Assembly (NCBI GenBank): GCA_038087875.1
Contig: CM075990.1
Location: 11,472,001-11,536,000, forward strand
From: Malacoraja senta
Lineage: Eukaryota
Direction: 5' to 3'
Length of the DNA: 64,000 nt
Below are positions 49,434-61,284 of this stretch, one piece after another; positions within the stretch are counted from its first letter, which is position 1, and each line of letters begins with the position of its first letter. The translations under genes were made by a program, and so were the position numbers. The notes below the pieces were generated by a model. The model saw nothing but the letters and a program-made list of their open reading frames with translations. It did not search any database and was not told where the DNA came from.

Positions 49434-51261
49434 ACCCACCATACTTTGTGTGAAAATGTCACCCCTCAGATTCCTATTAAATCATTTCCTCTTCACCTTA
49501 AACCTATGTCCTCCCGTCCTCGATTCCCAACTCTGGGCAAGAGACTCTGCATCTACCCAATCTATTTCTCTCAAGATCTTATACACCTCTGTAAGATCAC
49601 CACTCATCCTCCTGCGCTGCAGGAAATAGAGTCCCAGCCTACTCCAGCTTCTTGTCACTATCTACACTTTAAGTGTTTGTCAGGGTGATACTGGAGACGC
49701 AGCCCATCACTGGACAATACACCCCTCAGCATTTACTAGGCCGTTACACAGGACTGGCCCCTTGGTGTCTCAAGGTGGCAAGACTTCAGTCCTTCCCTAC
49801 AATGCCTTTGGAGGCTTATATTTTTTATTTTAAATAAATCTTTATGCATAAGAATATATGAATGGACAAAAACAGCACAATGTTTTCTTTACATTCATAG
49901 AGCTGTGTACTTAATGATCAGCCATGATCAAATGTAGACAAAAATGCTGGAGAAACTCAGCGGGTGAGGCAGCATCTATGGAGCGAAAGAATAGGTGACG
50001 TTTCGGGACGAGACCCTTCTTCAGACTGATGTGGGAGGGTGGGCGGGGGGAAGAAGAAAGGAAGAGGCGGAGACAGTGGGCTGTGGGAGAGCTGGGAAGG
50101 GGAGGGGAAGGAGGGAGAAAGCCATGATCAAATGGTGGATCTGACTCGATAAGCCAAAAGGCCTAATTCTTCATGGGCTAAACATTCAGAGTATTATCAG
50201 ATCTGTAAATGTACAGTGCAGGCATGCTCAGGGTCCAGAGCAGGTTTGCTACTCATCTGGCCTTCTCACATGATACAAACTTCAAGTTTCAGTCCCTCAA
50301 TGTCCAGTGGCAGGCCCACAGATTACAACCCTTCCCCACAGAGCCTTTGCACTGAACGTGCGTGCGTGCGTGCGTCCCTCAGCATGTAATCCTGCAGCCT
50401 GGAACTTGCCCGTAAGCAGCATTCCCAAATGGACTCTTAGTTAGAGGGTGGTGAATCTGTGGAATATATTGCCACAGACGGCTGTGGAGGCCAAGTCAAT
50501 GGATATTTTTAAAGGGGGAGATTGACAGATTCAATTGACTGATTAGTAAGGGTGTCAGGGATTATGTGAGGAAGGCAGGAGAGATAAATCAGCTATGATT
50601 GAATGGCAGAGGACACCTGATAGGTCGAATGGCCTCATACTGCTCTATAACTTCTGAACTTATAATCTTATGACATCTCATTGTACTGACTGACCCACAA
50701 GATCCAGACAGAACACCATGCAGCTTTCATCAAATTAATGATCTTCCACCAGCACTTGATATTTGTTGATCTATTACCAGCTGTGTATATCTTTCAGTCC
50801 CTATCTCCCCGCACAAACCCTTGCCCTTTGCACTCTGTCTTTCTATTCATCCGGGTGGTAAATGTTTCATCTATTGTTGCACAGGGTTGCTTAATATCTG
50901 CAATGAAGTCAAAGCCATTTGGTTCAACTAATTGTGCCGTGGTGCAGCAGCCAGTACTGGTGCCTCACTGCTCTAGTGACCAGAGTTCAATCCCGACCTC
51001 AGGTGCTGTCTGTTTCCCGGATAACCAAGTTAGGTTTCCTCCAGATTCCTCCCACGTAAGTATGACCCGAGGCCAGTTCTCCATCGGGGAAAAGATTACA
51101 CACCGCCTGTATTCAATACAACTAACACATTGTCTGACTTCTGCCTGTGGGTTTCTTTGTAAATAAATAATTTTGCCAGCTCACAATGTGGGCACTTTGC
51201 AAGACGGGTACTGTGAAATAATAGGTTAAATGGCTCTTGAAAATGTCCTCTACTATACATT

Positions 51262-51573
51262 GGGTGGCGCAGCGGTAGAGTTGCTGCCTTACAGCGTTTG
51301 CAGCGCCAGAGACCCGGGTTCGATCCGGACCACGGGTGCTGTCTGTACGGAGTTTGTACGTTCTCCCCGTGACCGCGTGGGTTTTCTCCGAGATCTTCGG
51401 TTTCCTCCCACGCTCCAAAGACGTGCAGGTTAATTGGCTTGGCATAAATGTAAATTGTAAATTGTCCCTAGTGCGGGTGTGTAGGATACTGTTAATGTGC
51501 GGGGATCGCTGGTCAGTGTGGACTCAGCAGGCCTAAGGCCCTGTTTCTGCGCTGTATCTCTAAACTAAACTAA
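51262..51573 (+). mobile_element. HE1/V-SINE-like SINE
   Basis: Low-divergence copy with B-box, V-domain and tail. Confidence 0.9.
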
Positions 51574-51842
51574 AGTGGCAGGAAAATCAAAGGAGAATTG
51601 ATGGGCATGAATGAGAAAATAGGTCATAGATCTCCCTGTGCCTTCTCTATCAATATCTTTCATCAGTTTATAGCTCTCTATTAGACCATTACCCTGTCTT
51701 TGCTTTCTAGAGAAAATAGACCCAGCATGTTCATCCTGTTCTGATGGCTTGTAACGTACAATCTCTGAAAATATTCTGTACTCTCTTTAGTGTCATTTTT
51801 AATCACATAGGAACCAGAAATGCGTATCATAGTGTGGTCTTA

Positions 51843-52118
51843 AGTTAGTATAGAGGTACAGCACAAAAACAGGCCCTTCAGCCCACCGAGTCCAAGCCGA
51901 CCAGCGATCCCCGCACATTAGCACCATCCTACACACTGGGGACAATGTACAGTTTTACCGAAGCCAAACCTGCACATTTTTGGAATGTGGGAGGAAACCG
52001 GAGCACCCGGAGAAATCTCACGTGGTCACATTATGACTTCGTGCAGTCAGCATCTGTAGTCAGGATCGAACCCAGTTCTCTGGAGCTATAAGGCAGCAGC
52101 TCTACCGCTGCACCACTG
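51843..52118 (-). mobile_element. HE1/V-SINE-like SINE
   Basis: Reverse-complement consensus. Confidence 0.8.
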
Positions 52119-52297
52119 TTTTGCAGTTTTTTTACCTCCAGATATACATCCTAGTGACTCGCTTACTTTCATTCTGGCCTTATTAAACTGTTACTTCTTC
52201 CATTGTTTTATGTATCGTGCTCCAGATCCATTCAGTCGTTAACCCCATTTACATTCTTGTATTCCTAATACTGCTCTCTCACTAACTTGATATCCTA

Positions 52298-52824
52298 CGA
52301 CTCAAACGACTCCAACTGGTCCAAAACGCAGCCGCTCGACTCATTACCCACACCAAATCCTGGCACCACATCACCCCAGTTCTCAAAGAACTTCACTGGC
52401 TTCCCATTTCCCACCGGATCACCTACAAAATCCTGGTCCTCACCTACAAAGCCCTCAACAACCTGGCCCCCCCTTATCTCATTGACCTCCTCTCCCCCTA
52501 CCAACCCTCACAGTCCCTCAGATCCACATCAGCTGGTCTCCTCTCCACTCCGAAATCAAACCTCTGCACTTTTGGAGGCAGAGCCTTCTCCAGGGCAGCT
52601 CCCAGGCTCTGGAATTCCCTCCCACAACCGGTCCGAAATTCTGAGTCCCTCACCATCTTCCAGTCCCGCCTCAAGACCCATCTCTTCACCTCTGCATACC
52701 CTTAGTCCCATGTTCCCCTCCCCTCTGTCTTACTGCTCTATTTTGTTTTGTTTATTCTTGACTCTCAATGTAAAGCGACTTTGAGTCCTGAAAAGCGCTA
52801 TATAAATAAAATCTATTATTATTA
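52298..52824 (+). mobile_element. L2 LINE 3' fragment
   Basis: A frame not shown in the ORF track reads LQLVQNAAARLI...HITPVLKELHWLP...APRLWNSLP...FQSRLKTHLF; tail GTAAAGCGACTTTGAG..GCGCTATATAAATAAA(TAT)n. Confidence 0.9.
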
Positions 52825-52843
52825 TCCTCTCACCTCTCCATGC

Positions 52844-52976
52844 GGGAGAGTCCAACCTTCACGTGGTCCACCCTGTTTCAACGAATGCAATCAACCTGGC
52901 GTGCACAATCAAATAAGATCAAATAGAACAAGTTGTCCTACAACTTTAGGCTGTGCGCGCCATACGTAAGAAGATT
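52844..52976 (+). mobile_element. Short retroposon (Ingi/Vingi-like non-autonomous) with HDV-like 5' end
   Basis: 9-bp TSD TCTCCATGC (52835-52843, 52977-52985); ends CCATACGTAAGAAGA; internal stem GGCGTGCACA/TGTGCGCGCC. Confidence 0.78.
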
Positions 52977-53354
52977 TCTCCATGCAGCCCTGTGCAGGAA
53001 GTCCACAGGTATTGACTGGGTTCTCAGGCGTTCCAGCAAACTGCTTGTAAGTCGGAAATGAGCTAAAACAGGGCATGGGAGAGGATCACAGAATGGCTGT
53101 GCTGGGAGAGCGATCAAACGCATGAAGAGAGGCCGCCAGCCAGCGTCACTGTCTCTGTGAGTGAGAGAGAGAGCGAGTGAGTGTGCGCTCAATGCCCTCA
53201 GCACTGCTTTGCACAGGGGTGACGGGAGGTAGGGATGTGCGTGAGGGGAATGTCACAAATTCAAACACCCACAGAGCTGTACAGCTACAGCACTGCCATG
53301 GGCCCTTCGGCCCACCTTGTCCATGCTGACCAAATAGGCATATGGGGCTCGTCC

Positions 53355-54170
53355 CAAGGCAGATACAGTTTAATGTGGATAAATGTGAGGTTATCCACTT
53401 TGGTGGCAAGAACAGGAAGGCAGATTATTATCTGAATGGTGTCAAGTTAGGATAAGGGGAAGTACAACGAGATCTGGGTGACCTTGCACATTAGTCACTG
53501 AAAGTAAGGTGCAGCAGGCAGTGAAGAAAGTTAATGGCATGTTGGCCTTCATAACAAGAGGAGTTGAGTTTTGGAGCAAAGAGGTCCTTCTGCAGTTGTA
53601 CAGGGCCCTGGTGAGACCACACCTGGAGTATTGTGTGCAGTTTTGGCCTCCAAATTTGAGGAAGGACATTCTTGTTATTGAAGGAGTGCAGCGAATGTTC
53701 ACAAGGTTAATTCCCAGGATGGCGGGGACTCATATGTTGAAAGAATGGAGCGACTGGGCTTGTACACACTGGAATTTAGAAGGATGAGAGGGGATTTTAT
53801 TGAAACATAAGATTTTTAGGGGATTGCACACGCTAGAGGCAGGAAACATGTTCCCGATGTTGGGGGAGTCTAGAACCAGGGGCCACAGTTTAAGAATAAG
53901 CGGTAGGCTATTTAGAACGGAGATGAGGAAAAAAAAATTTCACCCAGAGAGTTGTGAATCTGTGGAATTCTCTGCCTCAGACGGCAGTGGAGGCCAATTC
54001 TCTGGATGCTTTCAAGAGAGAGTTAGATAGAGCTCAAAGATAGTGGAGTCGAGGGAAATGAGAAGGCTGGAACGGGGTACTGATTGTGGATGATCAGCTA
54101 TGATCACAGTGAATGGCGGTGCTAGCTAAGGGCCAAATGGCCTACTCCTGCATCCATTGTTTATTGTCCC
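53355..54170 (+). mobile_element. CR1/HER1-type LINE 3' fragment
   Basis: ORF 53509-53787 (AVKKVNGMLAFI...LVRPHLEYCVQFW) plus downstream tail. Confidence 0.92.
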
Positions 54171-54179
54171 ATTCATTTT

Positions 54180-54480
54180 TTAGTTTTAATTTTAAAGATA
54201 CAGTGCGGAAACAGGCCCTTCGGCCCACCGAGTCCACACCGACCAGCGATCCCCGCACATTAACACGACTCTAAACGCACCAGGGACATTTTACATTTAT
54301 ACCAAAACAACTAAACTGCAAACCTGTACGTCTTTGGAGTGTGGGAGGAAACCAAACATCTCGGAGAAAACCTATGCAGGTCACGAGGAGAACGTACAAA
54401 CTCCATACAGACAGCTCCCGTAGTCAGGATCGAACCCGGGTCTCCGTCGCTGTAAGGCAGTAGCTCTACCACTATGCCAT
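54180..54480 (-). mobile_element. HE1/V-SINE-like SINE
   Basis: Reverse-complement consensus. Confidence 0.85.
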
Positions 54481-54693
54481 CGGGCTGTCCTGCATTAATC
54501 TGCATTTAGCCCACATCCCTATAAACCATTCTTATCCACACGCCTGTCCAAATGTCTTTTAAAAGACATAGGTGGTGCAGGAGGGAAGGCACATGGAAAT
54601 GTCTCTTTGCCATCCTGCAAAAGATGGGTGAAGTCTCATAATAGCAAATAAATCCACACCCATCAGTCTCCTCAACCTTCCGAGTCTAAAGAA

Positions 54694-54979
54694 GGGCAGC
54701 ACGGTGGTGCAGCGGTAGAGTTGCTGCCTTACAGCGCTTGCAGCGCCAGAGACCCAGGTTCGATCCCGACTATCTGTACGGAGTTTGTACTTTCTCCCCG
54801 TGACCTGCGTGGGTTTTCTCCGAGATCTTCAGTTTCCTCCCACATTGGTGTAAGGGTAAAATTGTTCCTAGCCTGTGTTGGATGGTGTTAATGTGCGGGT
54901 ATCGCTGGTCGGCGTGGACTCGGTGGGCCGAGGGGCCTGTTTCCGCGCTGTATCTCTAAACTAAACTAAAACTAAAACT
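54694..54979 (+). mobile_element. HE1/V-SINE-like SINE
   Basis: Head, B-box, V-domain and (CTAAA)n tail. Confidence 0.88.
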
Positions 54980-55423
54980 ATGTCCTCCAGAGATGTTGCC
55001 TGACCTGCTGACTACGCCAGATTCCAGCATTTGTAGTTGTTGTGTTCGTATATATGGGGCATCCATAATTGATCTTTTCAGAAGCTGGGGAAGACATACA
55101 TCTGTCTCAAGTGGCAAGTAACCATGGTAGACACAAAAAGCTGGAGTAACTCAGCAGGACAGGCAGCATCTCCTCCAGCTTATGAACAGATCAATTATGG
55201 ATGCCCCATATATACCATCAAAGGGTTGGGAGACACAACAACTACAAATGCTGGAATCTTGTGTAGTCAGCTGGTCCGGCAACATCTCTGGAGGACATGA
55301 ATGACCAACATTTTGAGTCGAGACCCTTCTTCAGACAAGAAGGGTCTCAACCCAAAACATCCCCCATTCCTTCTCTCCAGAGATGCTGCCTGTCCCACTG
55401 AGTTACTCCAGCATTTCGTGTCT

Positions 55424-56158
55424 GAATGAATGAATGAATATGAATATAACTTTAATTGTCATTCAGGTACACACATAGACACAGTGCACATTGAACGGAA
55501 TTTCGTTGCATTGACTCTTCAAAGTAGCAGCAGAATATAACATTTATATCAGGCGATCAGTAAAAGTGCTTAGTGTGTCCAGGTGCATAGTTAAAAAAGG
55601 AAAGTTTTTAAAAGTGGCAATGTATAAGAAAGTTCTAGCATCGGTTTGATTGTGAGTTCAATAGTCTTATGGCCTGGGGGATGAAGCTGTTGCAGAACCT
55701 GGTTGTCCCGCTCTTCATGCTGCGGTACCTCCTCCCAGAGTTCAGCAGTGTAAACAGTCCATATTGTGGGTGTGTGGGGGCTCTGGTAATGCCCTTAGCT
55801 CTTGTCAGACAGCGTTGGTAACCAATGTCCATGATGGAAGGAAGAGAAGTCCCAATGATTTTTTCCGCTGTCCTCACCACCCTCTGAAGTCACTTCCAGT
55901 CCGCAGCTGTACAGCCGCATAGAGATGCAGCTGGTCATGACTGATTCAATGGTGCGTCTGTAGAATGTGGTGAGGATGGGAGGGTGGAGGTGTGATCTTC
56001 TCATCCTGCGGAGGAAGTACAAACGCTGCTGTGCCCGTTTTACCAGAGATGTGATGTTTGTAGTCCAAGTTAAGGTGTCCGTTATATGCACTCCCAGGAA
56101 CTTGATGCTTTTCACCTGCTCCACTGCTAAGTTGTTGATGCACAGCGGAGTGTGACTG
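55424..56158 (-). mobile_element. Rex1/Babar LINE 3' fragment inserted in a Penelope repeat
   Basis: KFLGVHITDTLTW..AQQRLYFLRR..HPQYGLFTLLNSGRRYRS; (ATTC)n tail; GTCT duplicated at the ends. Confidence 0.9.
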
Positions 56159-57511
56159 GTCTATCTTCAGTTTAAACCAGCATCTGCAGTTCCTTCCTAC
56201 ACAAGTCTCCTTGCTATCCTAATCCATGCTTCTCCTGGGAACACTTCTGTGTAACCTGCCCACATTCCGAGCTGGCAAAAGTTATTTTTTGAAAAAAAGG
56301 AAACAAAAAGTAGTTAATTTGTTGGATATATTAAAAAACTGGGAGTAGACAGTCTCTTCTTGTGATGGAGAATTTACCTCAGGATACACTGTCACATGCA
56401 GAAAAACCTCAGCATCAACCATGCAGAATAATACAATGTACATCAAATGTTGTCTTTATGCTGAGCAACAATGTCCCTTAAACATCCCATTAGATCTTCA
56501 AATCCATTTGAGCCAGCAGCTGTTAATATCTGAGGGACACCACCTCCAACAAGACAACAGGGGCATGCCATCGGATGAACACTGATCACAAGGTTTGAAA
56601 AACTTCTTGGGGAATCTTGTACCTCGTGTGGAGATCAGGCAAAACTCTTCTGTGGATTTTTTTCATTCCAAAGTATTCCCTTTGTACACATCTTTCAGAA
56701 TTCATAATTTAGAACTCGTCTAAAATGCAAGGCATTAGTAGTGATTAGCAGTGATGAAGACGCACGTGTTGGTTAATTGAGAGCTGATCTGTGTTTGGTG
56801 ACTTCCCGACGCTCCCTTGCTGGAGACCAACACATTGCTACGGGGAGCTGAGCAATGGAGGGGACGCACTCTTCCTTTGTCCCCGCAATGATTTGGCTAG
56901 TTTAGATGTAATTACATCCCTTGATTTAATCCCAGTCATTACAGTGTGAGGCACCAGCTGTTAGGATGGAAACATTATCACATGGATATCAGACCGAGCC
57001 GGCTGACTCTTGTTTCACTGCTTCAGGAACAGCGGAACACTTTACCTGATAATCCCGTGGAAGTAATAAGAGAGGACTTTTCTCATTTGTTTTTTTAATT
57101 CACTTGAACATAAATTAGCCTCTGAAGACTGAATTAATCCATGTTTTATCACATTGATCTGGTGAAATGAATTAATTTTCTTTCTCTCTGAATGTAATAA
57201 GCTTGACTTATTTGAGCGTTCCTCCCTTTGTTTGCATTTTCACTCGCTCCGTCCCTAGAGTTCTGGGGAATAGAGGCCTGGTCTCTCGTTGTGGTTCTTA
57301 CTTTGAGTTTAGGTCAGTTCCTTAATTAAAGACTAAAGCAGCAGGACTCTAGAGGCTGTGTTCTATGTCTCTCTTTCTCAGAGTGTCTAGCAAACAAATT
57401 AGTATATTAACTTGCAAGTTCCAAGTCTGCACTTTCATTAACTAAGCTATGGAATACCGACATTGCATTTCAGTTTAAATCATTAGCAGAAGTATGGGGA
57501 GAGGAAAGTTA

Positions 57512-57783
57512 AGGGCCTGTCCCACTTACGAGACCTCTCACGACCATACAGGCGACCCCTGGTGCCCTCTCATGACCATAGGACACCTCTCACGACCATA
57601 CAGCCTGTATGGTCATGAGAGATCTCCTATGGTCATGAGAGGTCTCCTATGGTCGTGAGAGGTCTCCAAAGAGTCGTAGAGTCTTTCTGGTCGCCGATGA
57701 ATTTTCAACATGTTGAAAATTTCGGCGACCTATCATGGGTGCCGGCAGTCGCCTGTAAAGGTCGCGTAAATGGGACAGGCCCT
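57512..57783. mobile_element. Harbinger-like MITE
   Basis: TIRs AGGGCCTGTCCCACTTACG / CGTAAATGGGACAGGCCCT; TTA TSD; internal CTCTCACGACCATA direct and inverted repeats. Confidence 0.85.
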
Positions 57784-58591
57784 TTACTGATCTCATAAGT
57801 GCATCCGTGATAGGAGCAGAATTAGGCCATTTGGCCCATCAAGTCTACTCCTCCATTCATTCAGGGCTGATCTATCTCTCCCTCCGAACCCCATTCTCCT
57901 GCCTTCGCCCCATAACCCCCAACACCCGTACTAATCAAGAATCTATCTATCCTTACCTTAAATATATCCATTGACTATATCCAAAGAATTCCACGGACTC
58001 CAGGCGGAAGTGGAGTCTACCATTCCACTGGCTCATTAATGAAACTGACGAGTTAAATTGAAATTCTGCTCATGGCACTGGCCACACAATCTTCATCCAC
58101 TGTCTTGACAGTCACTACCAGGGCAACACTGCCAGAGATATTAGCTGCCACTTACTAATCGGCAAAGAGGAACTGTCCTTCTGAACCACTTTGTCAGCGT
58201 TCTTCCTTGCGAGCGAGTCAATAAAGAATAAATATTTGCAAGATGTACCTTTTCCGAGGCAAACCACAAATAACAATTTTATTCCTATTAAAAAAAAAAC
58301 GTCAATGGCTGGACGAACTCAGTGGGTCAAGTAGCATCTGTGGAGGGAAATGAAAAGGCTACTCTGCCTGACCCGCTCAGTCATTTTCAGTCAAGCCGAT
58401 GAGTTTGAGGGGAAGGGAAAATTAACACTCGAGCTGCAAACCAACACACTTTCACGACCCGTTGGAGCTGTAGATCCCAACCACGGTTTCAGTTGCACAC
58501 CCATTCCACAGCACGGTCCCTCACCCTGACCAGACTCCAGATCTTCACTTCACATTCCAAATTAATGAGTTAGATGGCAAACCATCAGAAT

Positions 58592-59788
58592 GGGCGACCA
58601 CGGTGGCGCAGTGGTAGAGTTGCTGCCTCACAACGCTTGCAGCACCAGAGACCCGGGTTCGATCCCCACCACGGCTGCTGTCTGTATGGAGTGTGTACGT
58701 TCTCCCTGTGACCGCGTGGGTATTCTCCCGAGAATACCCGGCGCGACTTTCGTCTGCAGCGGCCTCTGCAGTCCGTCTGTCTTTTTATTATTTTTGTCTT
58801 GTTTTTATGTAGTTTTTTATTATTTTTTTGTCGGGGTATGTGTGTGGGGGCGTGGGGGTGGGGGTGGGGGGGGACTTTGAAATCTTTCCCCTGCACGGGA
58901 GACCCGACCTTTTCTTTGTCGGGTCTCCGTTGTCGTTGGGGCTGGGCAACGTGGAGCGGCCTCCAGCAGGAACGACCTGGGGCTCCAGTTGCGGAGCTGC
59001 GGACTACTCACCGTCGCGGGGCTGGCCGAGTCCGGAGCGGGTGGAGCTGTGGTGGAGCGCTGCTGCGACCCGACCCCCGGAGATTCGGAGGCTACAGCCG
59101 CGGGTCTGGCGGACGGCAACACTGGAAGCCCGCGGGTCCCCTGGTGGGAGACCGCTTTTTGGGGCTTCCGCAGCGGCGACTTCTCCCGCCCGAGTTGCGG
59201 GGTTGAAGAGCACCTGGAGCGGGGCTTTACATCATCGCCCCGCGCGGCTTGGAATGGCCACCGGACTTTGCGGGCGCGCGCCGGGGCTCTAACACCAAGA
59301 CCCGGTGCGCAACCTTGCATCACCCGGCGTGGCTTTAATGGCCGCGGGACAATCACCATCGCCCGCCGGGGGCTTTGACTTTGACTCTGACATCGGGGGG
59401 GGGGGGAGTGCAGTGGAGAGATACGTGTTTTTGCCTTCCATCACAGCGCTGTGATGGATGTATGTGTAAATTGTGTTGTGTCTCGGGTCTTCTTCGTTTT
59501 GTATTGTATGGCTGCAGAAACGACATTTCGTTTGGACCTCAAGGGGTCCAAATGACAAATTTGTCCAAAAAGACAAATAAATTGAATTGAATTGAATTGA
59601 ATTGAGATCTTCGGTTTCCTCCCACACTCCAAAGACATACAGGTATGTAGGTTAATTGGCTTGGTGTATGTGTAAATTGTCCCTAGTGTGTGTGTGTGTG
59701 TAGGATAGTGTTAATGTGCGGGGATCACTGGTCCGTGCAGACTCGGTGGGCCGAAGGGCCTGTTTCCTCACTGTATCTCTAAACTAAA
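58592..59788 (+). mobile_element. HE1 SINE interrupted by an 870-bp insertion
   Basis: SINE halves 58592-58733 and 59604-59788 rejoin at GAGA. Confidence 0.88.
58734..59603 (+). mobile_element. CpG-rich non-coding retroposon with Rex1-like 3' end
   Basis: GAGA TSD; ATTTCG-hairpin-TGACAAAT end; (ATTGA)n tail; no recognisable protein. Confidence 0.75.
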
Positions 59789-61284
59789 ATCAGAGATCAG
59801 GCAACTGAATCATCCTACCACAACCGGAGAGCAGTGCTGAACTACGAGTTACCTCTTTGTTGACCCTCGGACTATCCTTGATCAGGTTTATTCCCTTATT
59901 TATCTATACACTGTAAATGGCTCTATTGTAATCATGTATTGTCTTTCCACAAAAACTTTTCACTGTACTTCAGTAAACATGACAATGAACTAACTGAACT
60001 AATTGAGAGCTTCAGTGGTGCACTCGTCCTAACATGAATAAACAATGAGCCAGGTCAACACTGCACATGTGACTCAGACCCGTACCTTTTAGCAGAATAC
60101 ACACTCATCCCAAACTCGAGGTATGTTGTTGTTCTGGAAACACGGAAAATAAGTGCACGAGTAGGCCATTCAGCCCTTTGAGCCAGCACCACCATTCAAC
60201 ATGATCATGGCTGAACATCCAAAATCAGTACCCCGTTCCTGCTTTCTCCCCATATCAGTTTCCTCAGTTCTGTCAAACTCTGGGCAAGTAGCCAGATTCT
60301 AAAGAAGGGTTCCAACCTGAAACATCACCAATTGCTTTTTCTCCAGAGATGCTGCCTGACCCGCTGAGTTATTCCAGCATTTTGGGTCTATTTTCTGGCA
60401 GTGTTAGACCCGCAGAACCCTTAAAGGAAATATCCAACTGTTCTTTGGACAATTCTGTGAATCACATCTACACAGAACAACTTTTGAAGCAGGGGGAAAA
60501 CTCATTGAGAAGCAATAACCCAAATCAGGCACTAGGATAATTGGAGAGAAACTATTTCCTCTGGTGGGATGAGATTAAAACAAGGGAGTGTGACCATACA
60601 ATTAGAGTCCGCATGTTCAGGGCGATGTCAGGATTTATTTGTTCAAAAACTGAGTTGAGTTTAGTTTATTGACACGTGCAGTGAAAATCCTTTGTTGCAT
60701 GCTAACCAGTCAGCAGAAAGACAATACATGATTACAATCAAGTACTGTTAGGTTTCGTGCTCTATCCCATGGTTGTAAAACATCTAATGTTTCTATTTTG
60801 AAGGCAAACAAAGAACTCGCCTCAATATCAATCAACTTTGGCAGAAACAGATTAGCCTAGAACTTGATCTGAATTACTTGGACGTGATGCAGACCAATTT
60901 CAACTTTAGTTTAGTTTATGTTGATTTTTAAGTGTATCAAGATGCTGTTCAATTCAATTCAATTCAACTTTAATTGTCATTGCACAGATACAAGTATGGG
61001 TACAACGAAATGCAGTCTAGCGTCTGCTCGTAGCAATATTGCAATATAGAAATAAAAACACAGAACAAGAACAATATACAGAATAAAATACAGAATAAAA
61101 TACAGAATGAGCAAACAATGTGGACGGAGAGACTGGAGAAATCTATCGGGGGGACTCCGAGTTCAGCAATGTGATAGTGTTGTTGAAGAAGATGTTCCTC
61201 ATCCTGCTTGTACGAGACCTGAGGCTTCTGTACCGCCTCTTGTGTAATCATGTATTGTCTTTCCACTGACTGTTGTGTGCTATT

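Noticed and set aside
52990..53260. Promoter or micro-exon-like GC-rich stretch with GTAAGT
   Set aside because: No convincing acceptor, ORF or core promoter; unsupported without expression data.
57530..57670. CRISPR-like array
   Set aside because: Short direct and inverted repeats without unique spacers, inside a MITE; eukaryotic context and no cas genes.
58799..59378. CpG-island promoter or first exon with overlapping ORFs
   Set aside because: Lies within a TSD-flanked insertion into a SINE; the ORFs reflect high GC content.
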